Below are positions 59,362 through 64,000 of a DNA stretch of 64,000 nt, piece after piece. Position 1 is the first letter of the stretch, and every line of letters begins with the position of its first letter. The notes beneath the pieces were generated by a model. It was not told the DNA's origin and searched no databases. It saw only the letters and a list, made by a program, of their open reading frames with translations. Both the position numbers and the translations under genes were made by a program. Location: assembly GCF_009914755.1 (NCBI RefSeq), contig NC_060939.1. One strand, 5' to 3'. The DNA is from the human T2T-CHM13v2.0 reference genome, Homo sapiens.

Positions 59362-60447
59362 TAGGCTCCATCTCTAAAAAAGTAAATAACTAAATAAGTG
59401 TTTGAAAATATTTAGCAAGGAAGCCATACTAATGTAGCTGAATCTTGGAAATCAAGAAAAAAAATTGTTCGTTTAAAAGGGCAAAATTAAAAAATTCTTT
59501 CCAGATAGAAAGAATAGGTGCAGATGATAGAGCAGCGTGGCCCAGGGGAGGGGCTAAGCAGTGGACTAAGGATGGGGAGGCTGGAGAAGAGGCTGAGGGG
59601 AGTCACATGTTGTCCTGAGATGAGAAAGGGAAAAAAAGAAACATGTTCATCTTCAAGTGCAAACTCTCTTCAGATTGAAAGAAAGTTTTTAGTTTCTTGG
59701 GAAGCAGAAAAGAATATAGGTGAGGAGTTTGAGAGATTCATTAATTTCTTTGTGAAATTCAACATAAAGGAAGATATTCTGTGTTGCTCTTTGTTCACTA
59801 TATGTGTGGGGCTCACAGGGAAGCAATATAGACAAAGTTTCCAAATTCTCAGATGTTAAAGGCCAATGGGGATTCAGAAAACGCAACAGAAACTAAACTG
59901 CAAGTGGAAGAGCTGCCCTTGGGAGCCCAGAGGGCAAGTTTCAGGCCTGGACTGGGTGGGCAAGGGAGGCCTCCAGGAGGAGGAGCTTTGGAGGAGATTG
60001 TGGAGAGTGAGGAGCAGTGAGTCCAGCAAACAGGGCAGGGAAAGCGAGGAGGAAACAGTGTGTCTGTGGCACAGGCCAGGGCATGAGAAGAGGGTGGTGG
60101 GTTGGAAGGACCACTGGGATGAGTAATACATGAAGAGGCAGGAGAAGGAAGGGCAGACCATGCAGGAACTGGGCATGGGGGTGAGGGTGCCGGGCAGCTC
60201 AGAAAGTGATGCAGGGGCCGCTCTCTGAGGACTGCATTCTGTGGGGAGGGATTTGAATGTCTCAGTTCTCTTATGAAATGTTATCCTCAATCCATGAGGT
60301 CTTCTGATTCAGGAACCAGTCAGAACAGGTGAGGGTGGCCCCAGTCCACTGTGCAGGACCATTAGCATTGCCAGGAGGGGTTGGTGCTGAGGACAAAAGA
60401 GAGTGAAAAGGGGCAAAGAACTTTCTTTCCTGTCTGTCATTTTGCAG

Positions 60448-60522
60448 ATGTAAGTGGGATCTGTGGATCTGAAAATTCACAGTGGCCAGCTCACCACCAC
60501 CTGATGAAAGATACACCACAGG
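60448..60522 (+). other. Candidate 75-nt non-coding exon (paralog of 25241-25314)
   Basis: Same acceptor 'gtcattttgcag|' and donor 'acagg|gtgagagc' as the U2 copy. Confidence 0.4.
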
Positions 60523-61099
60523 GTGAGAGCATCCTAACAGCAAACTGCAAATGAGGTGGGTTTGCAGCTGCACAGAGAAGGGACCCCAGGGAAGCTACAC
60601 GGGCAAGGCAGGCAGGGGACTTCAGAGGTGGTAGCAGTGGGTGTTGATGAAATTATTCTCTGAGGATATACACGTTTGTCAGTGTACGTGCATGACCGCT
60701 TACATGTTGATGTTCGCATACAAACCCCACAATTTTCTCATGTTTTTCAGAGCATAGCATGTATTTTGACTTTATTCTTTCTACCACACGTAACCATGCC
60801 TTGTATACCTAGCAATACTTAACGTTTATTTTTGGTGGATTATTCATGGTTAATGCATTTCCTGACTTGGTAGCCAAATGAAATTACCTTGCTTTACAGG
60901 CCTTTGGTTGATCATTTCTGAAGATTTGTGTCGCCTGAATTCAGTGGGGGTCACCTCTCCATGATCTTAAGCAACAGTCCTGTTGGGACTGTTATGCTAT
61001 CCTACTTAACTTTGGACTTGTATGTCCTGGAAAATATGAAACTATCGATACTCACTTGAAAATTCCAGGTGCTTTACCTTTTACTTTGTTTTTGCCGTG

Positions 61100-63022
61100 T
61101 TTCCAATGTTATATATTTTCTCCCACTTACTTTGGATTCAATTGCTCTGCTTCCTTTTACAGTAAAAATTTAGATGTTTGAATTTTGGGTTTCAACTTTT
61201 CTAATATATACACACTCAATGCTGTAATTTTCCTCTAAGCTTCCCTGTTGTAGCTGACAAATTTTGATGAGGTGTGTTTTCCTTTCAATTTAGTTCAAAT
61301 TATTTTAAAAAATTTCTCTTGAGATTTCTTTGACCCATGTATTATTTGGAAATGAATTATATAATCTCCACGTATTTTGCAATTCACCAGTTTTTAAAAA
61401 TTGATTTCTAGCTTAATTCTGTTGTGTTTTGAGTGCATACATTGTATTAGTCTGATTCTTTTAAATGGTTTCAGGTGTGTTTTATGGAGGAGAATGTGGT
61501 GCATCTCGATGAGTGGTCCTGTGGGCTTGAGTTCAATGTGTATTCTGCCCGTTGTTGGATAAAGTCTGTAGATGTCAATTATATCCAATTGACTGATGAT
61601 ACTGTTGAGTTCAACTATGTCCTTACTGATTTTTTCTGCTTGGTGGATCTGTCTATTTCTGATAGAGGAGTGTTGAAAGTCTCCAACGATAATAGCGGAT
61701 TCATCTATTTCTTATTGTGGTTTTAACAGTTTCTGCCTCACGTAGACTGATGCCCTGTTGCTCTGTTGTTACATGCATATATATTAAGGATCATTATATT
61801 TTCTTGGAAAATCGATCCCTTTATTATCACATAAGGTCTTTATCCCTGATAATTTTCCTGTATTTACATTACATTTTTTCTGAAGCTAATAAAGCTATGC
61901 CTGCTTTCTTCTGGTTACTGTTAGCAAGGTACATTTTGTTTCATTCATTTACTTTTATATGTACTTTTACTTTTTTTACATTTACTCTTATTAATTGACA
62001 AAATTTGAGGTATTGACTATGTAAAATCTTCACATCATCTTCAAACATGATGTTTGAAGAATAATATATATTGTGAAGTGAAAAATTCTTGCTAAGAACA
62101 TATGTGTTACCTCACACAGTTATTTTTCGTGGCAAGAACACTTTACATCCACTCTTTCTTCATTTTTCATAATGCAATTTATTGTTAACTATAGTTACCA
62201 TGTTGTACAATCTCTTGATCTTTTTCTTCCTATCTAACTGAAATTTTGTACCCATTCACAATCATCTACCCATCCTCATCCCCTACCACCCTTAGGCCCT
62301 AGTACTCACCATTCTACTTTGTATTTATATAAATGAGCTTTTTTAGATTCCGCTTACACATGGGTTCATGTGGTATTTGTCTTTCTCTTCCCGGCATATT
62401 TCATTTAACATATTGTCATGCAGATACATTCATTCTGCCTCCAATGACAGTAATTCTCCCTTTTTAAGGCCGATAATATCCTGTTTTGCATATACACTGC
62501 ATTCTTTTTATCCATTAATCTGTTGATGGGCACTTAGGTTGATCCCATATTTGGCTATTGTGACTAATTCTGGAATGAATGTGGGAGTGCAGATATCTAT
62601 CCAACACACCGGATAGTCAATGAAATCTCCCAAGGCAGATTTTATTACCTTTGGATATATACCCAGTAATAAGACTGCTCGATCAAAGGGTAATTCTATT
62701 GTTTTTTTTTTTAGGATCCTTCACAATTTTTCCCATAATTACTATATTGTACTAATTTACATTCCCACCGACAGTACACATGTTCCCTTTTCTCCCTATC
62801 TTTATCAACACTAACTTTTGTCTTTTAAAATAGCCATTCTAACAAGTGTGAGATGATATCTCATTGATTTAAATTTGCAATTGTCTATGTATGTCTTCAT
62901 ATTTATACAGATTTCCAATATACAAGATATAACGGGGACTTGTTTTTAGATCTACTCTGACAATGTGTCTTTAATTGGTGCATTTCAACCATTGCTACTC
63001 AAAGGGATTACTGACATGGTTG
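61100..63022 (-). mobile_element. Old L1M remnant with a nested L1MA 3' end (~61990-62880)
   Basis: Paralog of 25900-28225; the nested L1MA is internally deleted in U2. Confidence 0.75.
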
Positions 63023-63356
63023 TGAGAGGTGAGGCCAGCTGGACTTCCTGGGTCGAGTGGGGACTTGGGGAAATCTCCTGTCTTACAGAGGATTTTAAAA
63101 TGCACTAATCAGCGCTCTGTAAAATGCACCAGTCAGCAGGATTCTAAAAGTAGCCAATTGAGGGGAGGATTGAAAAAAGGGCACTCTGATAGGACAGAAA
63201 TGGAACATGGGTGGGGACAATAAAGGAATTAAAGCTGGTAACCCCAGCCAGCAGCCACAATCCGCTGGGGTCCCTTTCCACGCAATGGAAGGTTTGTCTC
63301 TTCACTCTTCACAATAAGCCTTGCTACCGGTCACTCTTTGGGTCCATGGCATCTTG
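63023..63356 (+). mobile_element. LTR12-family LTR, 3'-truncated
   Basis: 'tgagaggtgaggccagctggacttcctgggtcgagtggggacttgg...tcactctttgggtcc'. Confidence 0.8.
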
Positions 63357-63472
63357 GACTAAGAGTCCAAGGTCAGTTCAACTTGGTGGAGCAAGCTGGC
63401 AGTTAGATGAAAAATATACACAGACTTGCTGCAGCTGTACAGATGACGAACGTAGAACTCAAAAGATGATGG

Positions 63473-63883
<411 letters not shown>

Positions 63884-64000
63884 TTATGTCCATGTCTCCT
63901 GCTAACAGTAGATACTTGATTAGAATGGAACAGAATGTTTACCTGATTTTTACTTATAGCACCTGGAATGCTAGTAGTAAAATGTAAGCCCTTTGGAGAC

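Overview
Primate (human-like) AT-rich genomic DNA with no credible protein-coding gene. The long ORFs I could assign come from Alu, L1, LTR or DNA-transposon sequence; the rest show no recognisable domain. A CpG-island promoter at ~3.65-4.0 kb sits just left of an ancient tandem duplication that fills almost all of 5.3-63 kb. This array has four diverged 14-21 kb units in an A-B-A-B arrangement, shown by transposon insertions shared between U1/U3 and between U2/U4. Across the repeats, a convergent pair of Kanga/Tc2-like transposon relics brackets a promoter-like module (CpG-rich in one copy, CpG-decayed in another, deleted in a third) and several recurring plus-strand splice sites. My best interpretation is a small, partly decayed family of non-coding transcription units. 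Repeat-family names come from recalled consensus sequences, boundaries of old elements are approximate, and I cannot identify the locus from the sequence alone.
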